DNA of 64,000 bases from Chrysomallon squamiferum (GCA_012295275.1 CM022673.1:17236001-17300000); one strand, 5' to 3'; counted from the stretch's first letter, positions 1 through 24,205 are shown. A program made the numbers and translations. Notes: generated from the letters alone by a model not told the origin.

Positions 1-1072
1 AATGAAACATAAAACATTACCTTTCAGTCATACAGTGTTTAAAGAATAATCTTCAAGATACAGATGTATTAAAATGATCCTGTTAACTGCTATGAGTGTC
101 TGAATGTGTGAACTTGTGCAAATGATAAATTATTTTCATATTTAAATAATATCTTTTCCAGACTTTATATAATTCAAGTCAATATGAAAATGATCATTAT
201 TGTCGTTATTATTGCTGTTATTATTAATATGTTTTTGTTGGGTTTTTAAATGACTAATAATATTTATATTCTATTTTTTCTTCTTTTTATTTTTTTATGT
301 TGGAATTTTATAATTGTATTATTATTATTATTATTATTATAATTTTTTTTTTTTTTTATGTCAGTTTATGACACATTTTAACAGTTTTGTTTCAGAATGA
401 TATATTTTAATGATTTTGTTTTAAAATAACAAATTTTAACAAAATCCTTGCATAAATGTAAATATTATTATAACTAATATTAGTACAAAAGAGTCATTTC
501 CATGTAATTATTATGTTAAGAATGATACTTACATGTCAGCTTTTAAAAAGCCTGACATTTGAAGCAGATAGTTATTTGTATGATAAAATACCTGTGGATC
601 AAATTGTCAAGAAATGTCTGCCTTTATCAGCAGAAAATGTCAAGTGCTTTGGTTCAGCTGGCAACTTAATAGCACTCTACTGGAAAGAAGAAAAAAAAAA
701 AAAAGTAAAAGTTATCTGAAAGATAAAAAAGAAGAAGAAAAGAAGTTTTATTAGATAACAAACAAAAAATGTGCCCACAGAACTATGCTTCGATCCTCAA
801 GTAAAAATATATACAAAAATATATACAAAACAAATAACATTTTTAAAAATAAAAGCTATCAAAAAACAACAACATAAAAACAAATGAATACCTAGTCTTT
901 AAAAAAAAAAATTTAGATGCTCTTATCTTAGTGGTTATATTTTGTATTGTTTTATTATTAGAACATTTTGATTACAAATCTGACTTAGAATTCATTTTTG
1001 TTTTCTCTTTCTTTTGATTTCTTCTTAGTTTATTACTAGATATTAACATTGTTTTAAATTATTTTATTGCAG

Positions 1073-1203
1073 TGGTTCTGAAACTTTTAGAAGGAAGACT
1101 TTCTCCTCGTACAGTAACATCAACAGCATCAAAAACATCATCTACACCTCTGTCATTGAACACTGCTCTCTCTGCCAAAAATCCAAATGGTGTTTGGGTT
1201 TAG
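1073..1203 (+). CDS. RASSF8: Terminal coding exon of a RASSF7/8-like (N-terminal RASSF) protein; upstream exons lie outside the window
   Basis: Acceptor ttttattgcAG at 1071-1072, then (tg)VLKLLEGRLSPRTVTSTASKTSSTPLSLNTALSAKNPNGVWV* with TAG at 1201-1203. The tail NPNGVWV resembles the conserved RASSF8 C-terminus as I recall it (human ...NPEGIYV). The assignment rests on this short motif only. Confidence 0.6.
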
Positions 1204-1505
1204 CAGGATTTTGTTACAATAATATATTTTTAATTCTAAATCACTTAGATCTTTTTTTCTTTTGTTTAAAATGTACCCATTGTCATTTTTGTATTTTAAG
1301 ACAATTTTACAATATTTTTGTAATATGATTGTGTATATGGATGGAAAAATAAAACAGAACATTTATTAACATGAACTAAATTATTTCTGAAATTGACGAA
1401 ACACACTGGAGTTATTCCCCTTTGATATTAAGCTTATATCATAAGGCAGTCCTTACATGCAGTTTTATACATTTTTAAAAATTATTTTTTTAATTATTAT
1501 TATCA

Positions 1506-1555
<50 letters not shown>

Positions 1556-4500
1556 TTTTGTTTTGTTCTTTTCTGATAATATTTAATAACATCTTTGAGA
1601 CCTGTAGATTAATTATTATTATATTAATTTTCTTTTTCTTTCATTATCAGTTAAGAACAAATACATACCTCTATAGATTATTTAAACAGTGCAAATGTAA
1701 CTATAAAAATGATATTACTACCATGATGCGGGTAGACTTTTACATTTCTTTCTTTCTTTTAGAAAAAAGAATAAAAAATTATTTGAAATTTTTTGTTCTA
1801 AAAAGATATCATTCCAAAAGTGAAGAATATTTTATCTGATTTCTGTATATTATTTTATTTTATTTTTATTTTTTTTTTAGTTAGTTTTTTATTTACAAAT
1901 ATTGAGCTTTAGTGCTATAATCATTTAAATCTGTTTTCAAATTTGTCAAGTGTGTTACTGATGTATTTGTTTTATACTGCCTTTTGGTTTCCTTTTGACA
2001 AGACCTTAAAATTTAATATTTAAAAAAGAAAAATTATACTCTTAATTCTAAGTTTAGTAGAGGACAACAATAGATGTGCCAACACTTGCCAGTAATTAAA
2101 CTAAAAAAAACTTATATTTTGTGGATTCTACTGACCAGTCTTGATCCTGTTTCTTTAAACACTAATACAAGACTGGTATAGGTTATTTAAACATGTTTCT
2201 TCTCTGTGCCTTATTCATGCAAGTTTTACCTACAGCATTCTGTTTGAAATGTTTTTTTTTGTTATCAGTATCTAATAGTGCTCAGTATACTTCACACAGC
2301 ATTTAGATTATCTTAGAAACATTGGTTGATGCACCAAAAATGTTGGTCTTTTTTCTGCCAAAATCATATGTGCTGATTATGTAATCAGTGAATGAGATCA
2401 CAAGAGTTTGAAATTGAATTTTTCTTCTTTTTCTTTTTTGATTTTTTTGCAATTATTATATCTCAAATTTCTTGTCTGTGTGTACATTGTCTGCTAACAC
2501 AATTTTACACAACAATGTAAAATTTGTATATCTTTATTATTCTTTTTGTTCATTTTCTTTACTTTAAAAAAATAAAAATAAAAATTAATAATGCAAAAAA
2601 CATTTTGTTTAATAATAACTTGCTCAGATGTAATATTATGTAGGCCCTTGATTTAGATTTTAACTTTTATATTTATTTCAATTATTGTGATAGAAACTGT
2701 ATTGACAAATATGTAATGATGTTGCTCATTTGGTTAGTCAGTAGGAAATACCAATTTTATTATTTATTTATTTTTTTAACATAGAATTTGAATTTTACAT
2801 TGATTTTTAATTTTTGATACACAATTCATATTACCACTTACTATCATCATATTAATTTTTTTTTTTTAAGTTGTTGTCCTTGCAGCTGAGGTTGTCATAA
2901 GTTATTTTGAGCTGAATAGTTACAAAGTCTTGATATCTTGTTGTGATGCTTCATTTTTCTGATGCCACACAGGCCAAGAATAATACAGATACAGGCATGG
3001 TTAACAATAGAAAATAAATGGTGAACTAACTGTAATATACAGTTACATATAATGACACATACTGATTGAAATTTAATTTTGTTTAAATATTTTATTTTTG
3101 TTTATAATATTTTCAGTTTCAGAAACAGGTATTTGAATCAGTAATAATACTGGATGTATTATTTTTGTTAAAAGCACTATCTTTAGAGTTTAATTTCATG
3201 AGTTAAATTTTAATCATTGTCAAACAAACAGTCATAGCTCAGTCTGAGCAGGAATATTGGACAAGTAGTGTTAAAGTAGTTGAAGCAGTATAATTGTAAT
3301 GTTAATTACATTCTGCTAATGCGTATTTTTTATTTTATTATTTTTCATTTTAAAACTAGAAATCAAGCAGATTTTCTTTTCTTTTCTTTATAAAAACAAA
3401 GATAATAATAATTTGCAGAACTTAGACATAATGATTTCTCTATTTCCATGTGATCTCATGAATTAAGCCACCCCTTTTTTCTTAATGAAGATGTGAGTAA
3501 AGTAACAGCTTTATATCACATAATAATATAGACAGTAAGTTACAGATTGATGTCATATACTGATATATTGCACTTTCAGTCATGTTCCAGTTTGTGATAT
3601 TTTGTGAAATTCTCGTTTCTGTCTACAGTATCTGTAAAGTCTAGAAGAATTTTTTTTTTTTAATTATTTATGGAAACAGATAAAATAAAGAGGTTCAAAG
3701 AGTATTTTTTAGTAAAACCTATATATATTATATATATATGTATATATGTGTGTAAAATATATACGTATGTATGTATCTTTGTATTTTCATGTTTAAATCC
3801 CTTTAAATATATACATATATGTAATTCAACTGCTGTTAAATATGAAAACAATACTGAACATTTGCACAATTAATTAATGAATTAAGTATATACTATTTAT
3901 TATAATAACAAATATTTTTGTACTTTCAGTATAATATCTTTGCAGAGACTTGCAAAAGTTATGGTGATTTTTTTCTTTTATAATTTTTTACCATATTAAT
4001 GAAAACCTGTGGAACCATTTCCATCTCATATTTATTCCATGTTGCTGTAAAAATATGTATGTTATCATGGCAGCTAGAGCTGTTTAAGATGGATTCCATT
4101 TTATTTAAAATTAAATAATTAAATATTTCCTTCTTTTCATAGATCTTATCATTTCATTTTTTACATGTAAAAAAAGAAAGAAAAAAAGACATTTATACAC
4201 ATATATACATTACATATGTATATCATTCTTCATTATTTTGTCATTACTAAACCTTTAATAGCTGATGTACAGACATTTTCTAATTTTAGATCATTTAAAA
4301 CTGTAATATATTACTGGTACTGACACTTCTTTGTTTTTGATATTGTTGTCTTTTATACAGCAACAATCACTTTTTGTTTAAATCTAGTATTTAACCAAGA
4401 AATTACTTTTTGAAAAATATTTGTTGATAACATAAATTTATTGTATACATGCTTACATACATGATATTTGCGTTTTGTTTGATCAAGAAGTTTATATTTT

Positions 4501-4723
4501 CTTTTTATTTCTTCTGCTTCTAGTATTTATTCATCTTATGCAAATATTTTAGGAAGTAATGTTCTCTAAAAGTTATGGAAAATAATATGGATCTTTAACA
4601 TGTTTTCTTACATTGATTTAAGTTTATATTATTTATTGTCTGAATAATTATTTCAGTTTCCTTTTGTATCTTAGGAAGAATATCTTTATTTTGGGGGTAA
4701 TTTTTGAAACTTTAAATTTATTT

Positions 4724-4756
<33 letters not shown>

Positions 4757-5288
4757 TATTATTTTTTTTTATTTTTTTTTTTTTTTTTTTTCCATATGTC
4801 TATTATATAAAGAGAAAACACATCAGTTATAATTACTTCAGAATTAGTCACAAAATTTTCACTGTTACTAAAAGATTACTCATATTTTAATGATTTATGA
4901 AGTGGCGTATCCTGTAGATAATCCCATCTTTGGTTTCACTTTTGGGTGTAGCATGTGTCAACTGCCCACTTAATACTGTCCTAATAAACACAAACTGCAG
5001 TGAAACGCTTGTCTGTGGTCATGTCTGGACTCTTTCTACATGGTGTATAGTTTATTAGATGAAGATTACTTTGTGGCCATGCCCATGATTTCCAGGTTAC
5101 AAATGGAAAAGACAGAAATCTGTTTATAACTGGGGTCATAAGTGACTTTGTGTGATACTACAAATCAAACTGAATGTCTGGTACTTTAAATAATTATAAT
5201 AATTAATTGTAGGCTTTTAAAATAATAATGCTTAACAATTGTTGTTTTTTTTTGTTTTAAACAAATGGGGGTTTTTTAGTTTGTGTTT

Positions 5289-5344
<56 letters not shown>

Positions 5345-6620
5345 ATCTACTGGTTTTATTATTATTATTATTTTTAATTTAATTTTTATAATAATTTTTG
5401 AACTTTATTCTTCTTTTTCTCAAATAAATATAAACATTATTTTGCTCATTCACTGATTAAAAACAGTTTATAAAACTGACCAATAAGAAAAAAAATGTGA
5501 TATTCAAAATAAAAAAAAATTAAAAAAAAAAAATAAAATGACAAACATTTTAAACATAATATTTATAACTGTTGATAGCTTATTTGCAAGACAAGCTTGT
5601 AGGTGTTTTTATTTGGCTATACATAATCACAAAATGTGAATATTGTGCTGATGTTGATCCATTCTAGTCAGATGTTCATCGGGTAATTGATTGTTTCAGT
5701 TTCTTACAGATAATTAGTAGACTGCTTACATAACATTCAGTACCACTGCCTGTTTAACATCCTGTAACAGTTGACCAGTTGAAGCTTAATAAGACTTTTG
5801 TCACTTCTAAGATTTACTTGACTGCTTTTAGAAGAAAAAAACATTAAAACTTTTATTTATTTATTTATTTATTGATTTATTGTTTTGCTTAAAGCATTAG
5901 AGAGTACTGATAGATTCTATTTTCACATGAAATGAAAGTCATTAAAAAGGGCTGTTTATTATATATTGTGGTTTTTTTTAAATAAAGTATTTTCCATTTG
6001 CATTCCATTTAAAACTATTATCAAGACTTTCATCACTTTTAAGTTGACATTTTTCTATGTATTTTAAATCACATTAACTTCTTTACTTTTTTTCAGTTGG
6101 TCAAGAAAGAATGAAAAAATAAAATATAAATAAATAAAAGCAACTTATTGTTATTTATTATTTCAGATTATGTCCATTTCTTTCTCTTATTGTTTCGCAT
6201 AAATTTTGATTTATTTTTATTACTATTTTTATTAAAAGGTGTTGTACTAAAATATTATTGTCTCTTTCATATGAAATAAGTTCTTTGTGCCTTTTTCTTA
6301 AATAATGTTTTACATAATGTTGTTATGCTCATTTTTCTTTATCTATTCTGTTAGCTTCTGGAATTCAGGCTTATATTTTCTTCATATATATTCTGTGTAT
6401 TTGTACAGAATGCCAAGTTCCGCACTGTATTGGGTCTTGTGCAATGCAAGAGCTTCTTTTGTATCTAATAATAAACATTTCAACATGAACTGTATTATCT
6501 TATATTGAATGAATCTGCACATGTGGTGGTTTTTATTCGTCTAAGATATTGTTTCATTATTTTGGACGAACTGTCATTGCTTATAACAAAGTATGAAAAT
6601 AAAATGATACTTATGAAATA
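1204..6620 (+). other. Putative long 3' UTR of the RASSF7/8-like gene
   Basis: Non-coding, U-rich and strongly CpG-depleted up to about 6650. Candidate AATAAA signals at 6470-6475 and 6598-6603. The true end needs RNA data. Confidence 0.35.
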
Positions 6621-7113
6621 TTTTGATGTTAAATTTCTGTTCCTTCACAACTGGAGTCACAAAGACAGCGTTGACGTTACGAATTTTGAAAAATGGCGGC
6701 GCCCACGTTTTCTAACTACTCTTTCGAAGTTATATTTATTTATTTATTAAAAGATGGAAAACTTATCGCACTCTTCTTCAATTCTAACACTAAATCTTTT
6801 ACAGTGTATTTGTATTTTTAACGGCATAATATTACATTGATTTACAACAGTTTTAAAACATTATTATAAACTATGACGTACATACTGAAGCGTTTGGTAT
6901 ATAGTCTTTAGCGATCGTTAAAATAATACAGTTAAATGTACTGATAGTTTAATGTTCCCGGTAAAATGCATTACGTAATAAAATGTCTATTTTAAGAATC
7001 TGCAATAATTAGATATCTATTATTATCGATTTACCAATGTTTCATTCATTCAGTTCAAGGACGAAGATAAATTCTTATATAATTTAAAGTTGTTAGCGAT
7101 GTGCGAGACAAAA

Positions 7114-7150
<37 letters not shown>

Positions 7151-7652
7151 CTGAAACAATTTTTAAAAAATAAAATAGTTTCTTTTTTCCGACCTCAACA
7201 TTAACATTAAATCATTTGTCACTTTCCTATTCTGTTTTACATAAATATAAATTATACATTTAATTACATGAAATAGACCGCATATTTAATTCAGGATGTC
7301 CTGTAAATCGGTAACACACACGCATATACCCACTCAGATCTATCTGTCGATCTATTTGTCTGTTCTGCAATTACTGTATGTAATGGCATGTTATGATGCC
7401 TAGATAAATTTCTGAATTTTGAGACACTGACCAAAAAAAAAAAAAATTTTGGACGGAACTGTATTTACTTCTATAAATTACTTGTTATATATGTATATGC
7501 GTATGTATGTATAACTACAACGAAATTAAACGCGAATCTGTTGACAGCAGTGACGAGAAATAAAAAAGGTAATTATTTTTTTTTTTTTTTGTTTTTAATT
7601 TAATTTAATTGTTATTTTATTTAGGATTGTAGAATAAAAGAAATATTTTACT

Positions 7653-7736
<84 letters not shown>

Positions 7737-8130
7737 CGGAAGGTGTTGAAGGAAAAACTTTAAAAAACAACAACAACAACGTTATAACCAACCGTTCTTG
7801 TAAACAACAGTAACCAACAAATGTAAATAAATAAATAAATAAATAATCATAATAATAACAAACAATCCAACAAACAAGAATAAAACTAAATAAATTAAGA
7901 ACCTTCGGGCATCTAATTTGAAACTTTTACTAAATAAAACACTTATCTCCTCTTAATCATAAACGCCCATTACATTGGTGTAATTGTTATGTCATCATCT
8001 ATTAAGATTTAGGACCACAACCAACCAACCCATGGGAATACTGAAAAGAAAAGAAAAGAAAAAGAAAGAAGCTAGTATCTATTATTAGCTCAGGAAACAC
8101 CACCCAGTACTGGCGAAGCGGAACGAAATA

Positions 8131-8150
8131 GTCACGTGATTATAATAACT
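8131..8150 (+). promoter_or_regulatory. Candidate core promoter of the Rho gene (E-box plus TATA-like box)
   Basis: gtCACGTGat (8131-8140) directly followed by TATAAT (8141-8146), about 120 bp upstream of the ATG at 8264 in CpG-retaining sequence. Confidence 0.35.
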
Positions 8151-8263
8151 GTCCTCGTTACTTTTTTCCGACCTGTCATTTGGAGAACCAACACTATTGA
8201 GTCGACTTCGTTTTCGACGATTAATGAAAACGTACACACTGTGTTAATACCGAATTAGTAATA

Positions 8264-17473
<9,210 letters not shown>

Positions 17474-18018
17474 ATGCTGAAAAATGATATTATATGTACA
17501 TATACAGTTATACTATTTAAGAAAACCGAAGTGAATCGCTAATCTATTTCAAACCGGAAGTTCGGCAGCTATGTGCAGGCGCATACAACACCAGAACAGA
17601 ATAAATGATTGCAGACTTGTTTTTAAAAACAAATGGAGAACAAAGTCAAAAAAATAAAATAAAAAAAGAAGAATGAAATTAATGTTTATAACGCAGGTTT
17701 GAATCTGATCTGTTTTCAAAGTGACCCAGTAAAACATTATCTACATTTTATCTTACTGATATGTGTATTGTGCTAAACAATTATCTCGTGACGTCATGGA
17801 CAAACTACCAATCAAGCTGAAGAATCGTCATTTCCGTTCTGTCATTGTGTAGACAGGAAAATGGTTCTCAGTTAGTTTAACTGGGGGATGATGTCGAGAT
17901 GTTGAAACAATATCGGTAAAGATTGGTGGCTTTTCCTGTTTCAAGCCAATATTTTCCTAGTTGTCGTGCAGGATGTGTGCTATTATTTCATTTGTATTTA
18001 TTTCATTTTACGTCACGA

Positions 18019-18056
18019 ATTAAAACTTATACACTGTTTTCTGTGTTTGTGTTTTG
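18019..18056 (+). terminator. Probable polyadenylation signal of the Rho gene
   Basis: ATTAAA at 18019-18024 followed by a GT-rich downstream element (tgttttctgtgtttgtgttttg), about 550 bp after the stop. Confidence 0.45.
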
Positions 18057-18764
18057 AACTTAAAGGGACTACGTTTTAAAGGGTGGCGTCTCATATTAGA
18101 TATTTGTTTAATAAATAGAAAAGAATAATAATAATAAAAATAAAAATAAAAATAAATTCAACGCTAAAAGTAAAACAAAATTAAATAATAAATAAAAAAA
18201 AAATAATAAAAATAATAAAAGCAACAACAACAGCAATAGCAACAACAACAACAACAACAACAATAATAATATAAAGGAGAATAAATATACAAAAAGGCAA
18301 GGATACTACACTAACAGAACACTGCTCCTAGTTCTGAACTCATTTTTCATTTTACCTTGCGACTTGGAATTTCAAATATTGCATTACTGTGACATAAAAC
18401 ACGGTATGCTACTTACTACAATACAGTCACTCTCAAAGTGGGATGATTTCTATTCATCTGCGGAAAATGTAGGCGGGATTTTCTACATTTTTAAACATCT
18501 ATCGTTTTAAGACTCGGTGAATGAATGAAAACGTACTTAACAACACATAAATATATTTTAATATAAAGGTTTTTGTAAGTCAAACAAGGAGGGTTTCTTT
18601 TTCATTTTTTCTTTCTTCTTTTAATATTTCAGTTTTTTAACTTTGTAATTCACGGCACACAAACAAACAAACACACACACACCCGTACAAATTTACAGAT
18701 GCAAATCTATACATATTGTGTACATACTTATATGTGTATGTGAGTGTGTACCCGGCACCCCTTT

Positions 18765-18852
<88 letters not shown>

Positions 18853-19014
18853 TGATAATAATTGCTTTAAATGATAATAATTGTTTTAAAGTGTTACTCA
18901 TACAGATTAGTAGCAATAAAAAAATCTGGTTTATTACTTTTATTAACACTGTATTATTATTATTTGATAAAAGAGTTTATTTCATAAGGTTTGGATTTTC
19001 AGTTATTATAACGC

Positions 19015-19062
<48 letters not shown>

Positions 19063-19531
19063 TACATTATTTACTCAAGGTTATAGTTGAATGAATTTCG
19101 TTGTCGTTCTGACACATTCTTTTCATTCTTACTGAACAAGATTACGTAAACAGTATCGTATACTGAAAAAGAAACCCGACATAACAGATATAAACAGGGA
19201 GACACTTCACAGTAAAGAATAATACGAATTCACGGGAATGGCGTGATACACATTCAAGCAATTAGTTGTCACATTGCTGGAATTTCTCTTCGTACCTGTA
19301 CAAGTGTAGGCTGTCCGAGGTGTTAGTTTGACAGTAATGATATGAACCAGTTGTTTAAATATATTTTGTATACTTTCGAGCCATTCTTTTATTTCTTCCT
19401 TGTTAAAGGATACCTATGAAAATGTTGGCAAGTAATAAAGTGCGACAACAAAATAATAATGATAATAATAACAATAATAATAATAACAACAACAACGATA
19501 ACAACAGCAGCAACAACAATAAGATAATAAG

Positions 19532-19583
<52 letters not shown>

Positions 19584-20554
19584 GCCACGGGTAAACCGAA
19601 ACTGCCATTTTATTCTCTCACTTTTAATTTTCTAAGGTCACGAATATACTAACAGAACCAAGTAACGCGACAATTGGATACTCAGTCTTTCCAGTTTAGA
19701 TTTTTCGTCTTAAACCGCCGGAAAATAACATTGAACTAAAAATTAAAATATTATTACAGATTTAAATAAGAGTCTGGCTAAATTAAATATTTTTAATCGT
19801 CCATCTCTACGGAAGAAAAATATCTGATGCTGAACAAATCTTGACCGGTACGAATTATTTCCCCTTACGTTTATCACTCATAAATTAATATATATATTAT
19901 TTTATTTTCAGCTCCTGTTATTTAAAAAAAACAAAAAACAATAATTTAAACCTTAATTTAAATATATATATATATATATTATGAATGAATAAGGTATAAT
20001 AATTAATAATGCTATTTGGAATTATCTTTTCTTTTTAAAACATGATCATCATTCTGCTGTTAACTTAAGATAACTTTAATGTTTTTACACCGGTTCTAAA
20101 TCATACCTAACTGGGCAGGCGAACTGGGTCTTAATGATCAGAATTATCCTTCCTCGCTCTCGCTGTAACTAAAACAGTCTTCACAGGCAGAAAAGAGAAG
20201 AAGAAGATGATGATAACAACAACAACAAAAATATATTAGAAGAACAGTAATGAAAAGAACAACAATAATTAAATTATGTGTAACAGATGCATAGAATAAT
20301 TTAAACAACTGATCGATTATTACACTAGGCAAATTACATATGACACTGTAATAACGCAATTGATAATGAAAACATGCAAACAATAAAACTAAATCCATTT
20401 GAAAACTGGATAAAAACACAGGTATAAACCGGCGTAATGAGGATAGAGAAATGGTTATTATATCCAGTTATGCACAGGTAATCTGTGACGCGATTATTTC
20501 CCCTTACATTGTTTACAGGTGAGGTCACCTATTTGTGACAACCTGTTTGAAATC

Positions 20555-21757
20555 ATGGGGACGCAATGGATGCTTACAGTTTTTGCCTTTATTCTGGCGC
20601 TGCTCAAACAAAGTAAGTTTTTAAAAATCGACAGCTATGATAAATTGTACAACCATGACTTCAAAACTGCGTTCAGTTTTTACAAGGTATGGGACATATT
20701 TTGAATAATATACCTGTCCCACATAAAACAAAATGGCGGACAGCTTAATGCAGAGGCTTCAGGAAATGAAAGTTTTTAAATGCTTGATGATATCTTTGTT
20801 GATGTTTGATAAACCATCCAGTAGAACCAATTTTACAGTGGTGAATTGGAAAGATTATAACAAATAAAGTATCATAAACAATTTTGAAAGACAAAGTAAA
20901 TAACATCGAATGAAAACTAACAGTACTATATCATTATCACTATGATTCACTGTCGACTGTCGTCAGTACATCATAAATTGTAATAATCATTTATAATTGT
21001 GTATTAATTACAGATTACATAATTGGTTTATGAACTGTATATAGAACTGAATCAAAGATGCAATTTATGCCAAGTAACATTTATAATCAGAATTAGTAAT
21101 TACATAAATAATTAAACGTTATTAAGTTTGACTGCACTTGTCAACAAAAGTGAACTGTGAATATTCATAAATTTCATTGTGAATAAATGTCATAGAAGAC
21201 TGATTAATTAACTGTCGATATTTTCGAACATTTTTGTTCCATTTCATATTTGAATGATATGTAGTTTTTTGTCCATATGTTGTCCTTTACAAATCTCCAT
21301 AAATATTACTTTAATAGTAATTTAATCCATATACAATCCCCTGTAAAGCAACTGTTTTAAATGTCCAGACTGAATGTTAATTCTTTGTTTTATTTCAGGT
21401 ACAAAACTGATTTATTATTATTTTTTTGAATATAATTTGTTGTTTTATGTTGAGCTCTCTTTGTGTTCCTACTTGTGCTGATGTGTGATCTTCTGTTTCA
21501 GCTGAAGGGATAATGTGCCATCGTTGTTACAGTGCTATGGGAGGTTGTGGAGATGATGTTGTATGGAGAATGTTTCCATGGAGAGACTGTGGTCCTTCAA
21601 ATTTCTGTGTCAAAGTTGTTGAAAGAGTTCCTGGTATGTGCTGCTGTGTTTTTGTGAATAATTCATTAAAATCTAAAACAAATGGAATTCAACAGTGCAT
21701 CAGTTCATTTTAATACTATTGGTTATTAGATTATAAAAATAATTTTATATTTTAGCA

Positions 21758-21800
<43 letters not shown>

Positions 21801-22778
21801 ATGGTTGTGACACCCCCCCCAAAAAACCTGAATAATAATAATAATAAAGAAATAAAAGCTACTATCAATTGTGATTTTTCAATATTTTTAAATGTTACTT
21901 TGATAGTATTGGTGTTATGAGGTTTATGTACACATATTTGGTAATATATCTTTGTCATTTCATTTCACTTTATTTACTTATTTATTTATTTTGAAAACAA
22001 ATAGAAATTGTGCACACATTTTTATATAAGGCAATACTTCACATAAAAATATAATGAATCATTTAATTCACTTTTTAAATACTACCTACAAATATTGGTA
22101 TACAAGAAAATGAAATCTTGTGATTGTTCAACAAATAACTAGTCTGCTGATGTTTAAAATTTAGAAAGAGAAAGAAAGAAAAAAAACCCCACCTTAATCA
22201 AACCGATCTCTTTTGTTTTACCCTTTTCTTTATATAAATTTTGTGAACAACAAAAAATAATAATTGAAAAAAGAAGAAGTTTATTTTGTTTTTACATTAA
22301 CATTTTTCACAAAAGTTATATTTATTTATTTATTTATTATTATTTTTTAATGCGATCCATTCCTCAGTATTGTGATGACATAATGATAGCGTCAAACTAA
22401 TCATCTCTGTACACATTATTTAATAGACAGTTGTTTCGAAGTGAAAAATATGAATCCAATATTAACATTATTGTTGTTAGTCATTTCATAATTTGTTTCA
22501 TTTTAGGTCAAGAACCAAAATACATTCGAGAATGTGAACACATACTCCTACAGTCCACTCGCCACAGACTTCGCATGCCCAATTTCCGTCGTCATGGTTA
22601 CTGCATCCCGGCAAGGAAGAATGATCCAGCAAATCCACTGCAGTTAACGGATTCCACAATAATGTACTGTTTCTGTAACGAGTATAACGGATGTAATAGC
22701 GCGCCATCAGAAAGAAAGATAACTCTGTCGTTATTAATGTTCTCAGGAGTTATCTCGCTTGTTATAAAACTATTGTAA
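20555..22778 (+). CDS. GPI-anchored Ly6/uPAR three-finger protein (quiver/sleepless-like) no. 1, 153 aa; exons 20555-20612, 21502-21633, 22507-22778
   Basis: Signal-peptide exon MGTQWMLTVFAFILALLKQ; exon 2 TEGIMCHRCYSAMGGCGDD...DCGPSNFCVKVVERVP; exon 3 GQEPKYIREC...GYC...YCFCNEYNGCNSA plus a hydrophobic tail. Ten Cys with CxxC...CxC...CN pattern; phase-1/phase-1 GT-AG introns. Confidence 0.92.
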
Positions 22779-24174
22779 TCCCGGAAAAGAAAAAACTTTT
22801 ATTTTTACTTTATTTTTATTTTTATATAAGTATTTTGTAAAAGAAACTTAAAACATATAACCAGTAAACGTAAATTTTAATGTTTTTTTGTTTTGTTTAT
22901 TAAGGTGATAGAAAACATTTTTTATTTATTTTTTTTTTATTTTTTTTTAAGGAGAATATTTGTGAATTAATTGCTGTTATTTAATTTTTCAAATATAATT
23001 TTAATTCTTCATTATTTTATTCATGTATACATTTTTAAACTAAAAAATTTATGGTAGATGTTAATTACAATTTAGAATAAATTTTATGTTAGGTGTTGAT
23101 TTAATGTATGCTTTTTCACAGTTATTTTTATTAAAACAAAAACTTCCAACACACATAAATTATTTTTAAATAATTATTTAATTGTATTTTTTGTTAATTT
23201 ACATGTTAATTTTAGTTTTACAGTACAAAACTTCTATAATATGTAAATAGTTTATATATAACAATTTGCTTTAATTTTTAATTTGTAAATTTATTTTTTG
23301 GAAACAGTTTTATCAGTTATGAATTTTTTTTATTGAAAATTATATTTAATTATTATTTCTTAGAAAATGTACATCTAATTCATATTCATTACTTTTATCT
23401 ACCTGTCATGTCCATTTTACTTATAACATTCCTCATTTTGGTAAAAGTTTAAAATATTATTTCTGTACATTGTATCATTTTGAGAATATTTGATGCCAAG
23501 TCTTTTTATAACATTGAATTATATTAAATAAATAATAAAATAAAATAAAATAAATATTTAAAAAAATAAATCAGAGTAAAAAATACAGAAAACCCAAAAT
23601 ATTTAGATAAATATATAAAACCAAATAAATAAAAAAAATGGTTTCTGTCAGATATTTTAAGCTATACTGCCCTTTTGCTTGTTGCTGTATTTTATTATCA
23701 ATCAAGAGAGGTTGACAAATAAACAACAAACAACAACAAAAAAAAAAAAAAAAAAGGAATCAAGTAGGTATCATTGTATGCAACATATAATAAAAATTGT
23801 TTTTCTTGTATCATGAACAGTACAATTTTAATATATATTTTTGTATTATAAAATGTTGATAATTAATTATATTTACACTGTTGCAACAGTTAAAGTGTAC
23901 TGTATTTTATATTGTGTTGAGTGGAGTTTAATAGTTAAATCCTTAAAATAATTAATCTTAGTTGAAACTAGCTAATGCAACAAAATGGCATATCCATGTG
24001 AATTTAATAATTTCATCATTGTTTTAATCTGATCATCAATACATGTATTCAGCAAAATGTAATTATTTTACATATATTATAAAATAAAATACTTTATAAA
24101 ATATACTGTTTTATCATTTTCATCAGTATTTATCATCATTATTATTAATTGTTGTTAGTGTAACTCTTCTTTTT

Positions 24175-24205
<31 letters not shown>

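Noticed and set aside
513-719. 68-aa ORF as an extra RASSF exon
   Set aside because: No recognisable homology; it runs into a poly-A tract and has no convincing donor.
6693-6821. Small ORF MAAPTFSNYSFEVIF... in a strong start context
   Set aside because: The ATGGCGGCG is better explained as a YY1-like motif. The rest is AT-rich low-complexity sequence with no donor.
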